Shown here piece after piece: positions 19,520-21,640 of a stretch of DNA of 21,640 nt (positions are counted from its first letter, which is position 1; every line of letters begins with the position of its first letter). Both the position numbers and the translations under genes were made by a program. Below the pieces are notes generated by a model. That model saw only the letters and a program-made list of their open reading frames with translations, made no database searches and was not told the DNA's origin. Where the stretch lies: positions 1-21,640 of the forward strand of contig DSAB01000082.1 of NCBI GenBank assembly GCA_011388275.1, in the 5' to 3' direction. The stretch comes from a bacterium (GTDB lineage: Bacteria > Zhuqueibacterota > QNDG01 > DSAB01).

Positions 19520-21382
19520 GTGAGTTTCATGTTGGATCCTGCTTGTGATATCAGGAATGTTCTGGTTGTGGGCAGCTGGGCCAAAGAGCAGATTACGCTG
19601 GAAAACCTGAACCGGTACGGTCAGTACAATCTCTATGCCTATATGGACACATCCAATCCGGCCGTTATCCGGCTGGTTCAGGACCATGCGATCGGAAAAT
19701 TTTCAAATATACAGCGCATCGCGGATTTTGCCCGGGATAAAGAGATCGATATTGCCCTGATTACCGCGGCCGCGCCTCTGGATGCGGGGCTCACCGATCT
19801 TTTGGAATCCCGGGGAATCACCTCTTTCGGGCCTGACCGCAGGGCCGCGCAGCTCGAGGCCAACAAGGCGTTTACCCGGCGCCTCATGAAAAAGTATGTT
19901 CCCAGGGCGATTCCCGAATTCGAGGTTTTTTCAAGCGCCGAAGATGCCGTCGATTACGCGCGGCAGATGGACTGGAAAGTGGCCGTGAAACCCCTGGGGC
20001 TGACCGACGGCCTGGGTGTTCGGGTTTATGGCGAACAGCTGGAAAACGCGGAAGCCATAGCCGATTATATCCACTATATTATCGATGAAGCCTATTCCGG
20101 ACACCCGGAAGTCATTATCGAAGAGAAGCTGGAAGGAGAAGAGTTCACGCTGCAATGTTTGGTGAACGATCTGTCGCTTGTGAATACGCCTTCGGTGCAG
20201 GATTTCAAGAAGCGGTTGCCCGGCGATCGGGGTGTGAACACGGCCAGTATGGGTTCCTGTTCGGACACGGATCATATGCTGCCGTTTCTGGGTTTCGCCG
20301 ATTATCAGGAGGCTTTTCGAATTATGCGGGAGACCCTGCAGGCATTCAGGAAAGAGACAGGGGGCATCTGCCGGGGGTTTCTCTACGGGCAGTTTATGAT
20401 CACGGATCAGGGCGTCAAGCTCATTGAATACAACTTCCGGCCCGGCGACCCGGAGTGGATCAATGTGATGTTTCTGCTGGAGGAAGACCTGCTGAACGGA
20501 GTCAAGGCGGTCTTACGGGGAGAGGAGACCAAGCTGAAATTCAGGAGGCGGGCAACCGTGTGCAAGTATATCGTTCCTCCTGAATATCCCATGAAACTCT
20601 ATCAGACTCTGGACGTGGCTTTTGATGAGGAGGAATTGAATCGTTCCGGAGCCCGTGTTTTTTTCAGCTGCGGTCAAGACAGCAGCGAGCGGCTTCAGGT
20701 GGGTTCGGAACGCGGTCTGGCGTTTATCAGTGAGAGTGAGAAAATTTACACGGCGTATAAGCGGGTCGAACGGACCATCCGCATGGTGCAGGGAGATTTT
20801 TATCACCGCCGCGATATCGGAACGCAGGCCATGGTCCGCAGAAAGATCCGTCATATTGAAAAAGTCCGGAAAGTGCGGGTACAAGAGCCGGTTTTTCAGC
20901 GGGCATCGGAGGCGGATTTTCTCGAGGTCTTTGATATGGTGTCGAAAATGCCTCCTCTGGAACCGTATCAACCGCATTTATTCAAGATCATTCTGAGATA
21001 TTTTCAAAACACCTGTTTTGTCGCCCGGTGCGGAGACCGTCTGGTCGGTTGGGTGATGGGTTTCCGTGACCAGACAAACCCTGAAACCTATTTTCTGTGG
21101 CAGATCGGCATTCTGCCGGCGATGCAGGGCAGCGGATTGGGCACGAGTCTGATGAAATATGTCGTGAAAGAGATGGCGGAAGCCGGTGCCGGGCGGATCG
21201 AGGCAACCATCGATCCGGAAAACACCGCGTCTCAAAAATTGTTTGAAAAACAGGGATACCGGAATATCAGCCGTTGTATCGGTGAAACGGCCAGTCTATG
21301 CGGCAATCAGGCGGTGATCGATTATTACGGGCCGGGAAGACATTTTATGGTGTATGAAAAAATCCTGCAAGAAACGAAGTGA
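19520..21382 (+). CDS. Fusion protein: a complete PurD-like ATP-grasp ligase (GARS N/A/C domains, about 450 aa) joined to a C-terminal GNAT N-acetyltransferase domain (about 160 aa)
   Basis: Segments align to E. coli PurD as I remember it: FGPDRRAAQLEANKAFTRRLM, VIIEEKLEGEEFTLQ, QDFKKRLPGDRGVNTASMGSCS and GFLYGQFMITDQGVKLIEYNFRPGDPE. The PurD GxGGREHA motif is replaced by GSWAKEQI. The C-terminus carries GNAT motif A (MQGSGLGTSLM) and a CoA-binding core. SD GGGGAAAGGAG, 40 bp after the ATPase stop. Confidence 0.85.
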   Translation: MSFMLDPACDIRNVLVVGSWAKEQITLENLNRYGQYNLYAYMDTSNPAVIRLVQDHAIGKFSNIQRIADFARDKEIDIALITAAAPLDAGLTDLLESRGITSFGPDRRAAQLEANKAFTRRLMKKYVPRAIPEFEVFSSAEDAVDYARQMDWKVAVKPLGLTDGLGVRVYGEQLENAEAIADYIHYIIDEAYSGHPEVIIEEKLEGEEFTLQCLVNDLSLVNTPSVQDFKKRLPGDRGVNTASMGSCSDTDHMLPFLGFADYQEAFRIMRETLQAFRKETGGICRGFLYGQFMITDQGVKLIEYNFRPGDPEWINVMFLLEEDLLNGVKAVLRGEETKLKFRRRATVCKYIVPPEYPMKLYQTLDVAFDEEELNRSGARVFFSCGQDSSERLQVGSERGLAFISESEKIYTAYKRVERTIRMVQGDFYHRRDIGTQAMVRRKIRHIEKVRKVRVQEPVFQRASEADFLEVFDMVSKMPPLEPYQPHLFKIILRYFQNTCFVARCGDRLVGWVMGFRDQTNPETYFLWQIGILPAMQGSGLGTSLMKYVVKEMAEAGAGRIEATIDPENTASQKLFEKQGYRNISRCIGETASLCGNQAVIDYYGPGRHFMVYEKILQETK

Positions 21383-21640
21383 TCATACCGGCGAGACGTT
21401 TTGATGGTCTTGATTTCTTCGAATTTCCGCTTTCGCGCAGATGACATTTTGATTTGCAACAAAGCCTGTTTTTTATTGATTTTACGGATTTCAATCATTA
21501 TTTTTAAATATAGACATTTTCGTCCATTTTTAATATTTGCAGATTGATTGAGAATAATCTTTCAGTCGATCGATATGCCGTTCATTGCCGGAGAGAGAAC
21601 CGGATCTTAACCGGCTGCGGGTTATTGCAGGGACGGCGGC

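Noticed and set aside
17055-19584. Minus-strand ORFs (17055-17768, 17533-18096, 18402-18803, 18804-19160, 19015-19584) opposite the P-type ATPase gene
   Set aside because: They are antisense to a gene carrying every P-type ATPase signature. The Ala/Arg/Ser/Pro-rich translations are characteristic of non-coding frames.

Overview
This 21.6 kb window looks like ordinary bacterial chromosome, gene-dense on both strands. I found no rRNA, tRNA, CRISPR array, transposase or integrase. Reading left to right, I infer these protein-coding genes. First, a plus-strand run of an SDR oxidoreductase, a CrtI/amine-oxidase-like FAD oxidoreductase and a family-IV (HSL-type) alpha/beta-hydrolase esterase. Then a possible small ORF and a SIMPL/DUF541 protein. 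On the minus strand, a translationally coupled pair: a GT4 glycosyltransferase fused to an (alpha/alpha)6 glycoside-hydrolase-like domain, followed by a GH130 glycoside phosphorylase. Next, a 5'-intact but truncated stomatin/SPFH gene remnant, an RRM-type RNA-binding protein, an atypical receiver-like protein lacking the phospho-acceptor Asp, and a NarL/LuxR-family response regulator. Divergent from that, across a 435 bp AT-rich leader, a DEAD-box RNA helicase. Then hybrid-cluster protein Hcp with an FNR/CRP-type box in class II position. Convergent with it, a secreted S9 prolyl-oligopeptidase-family peptidase with an unexplained C-terminal extension of about 245 aa. Finally a P2-type (SERCA/PMCA-like) cation P-type ATPase, followed 40 bp later by an unusual fusion of a complete PurD-like ATP-grasp ligase to a C-terminal GNAT acetyltransferase. 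That PurD-GNAT fusion is the most novel-looking item: it keeps the PurD ATP-grasp core, has lost the GxGGREHA phosphoribosylamine motif, and gains an acetyltransferase. I could not run any searches, so all family assignments rest on motifs I recognised by eye.
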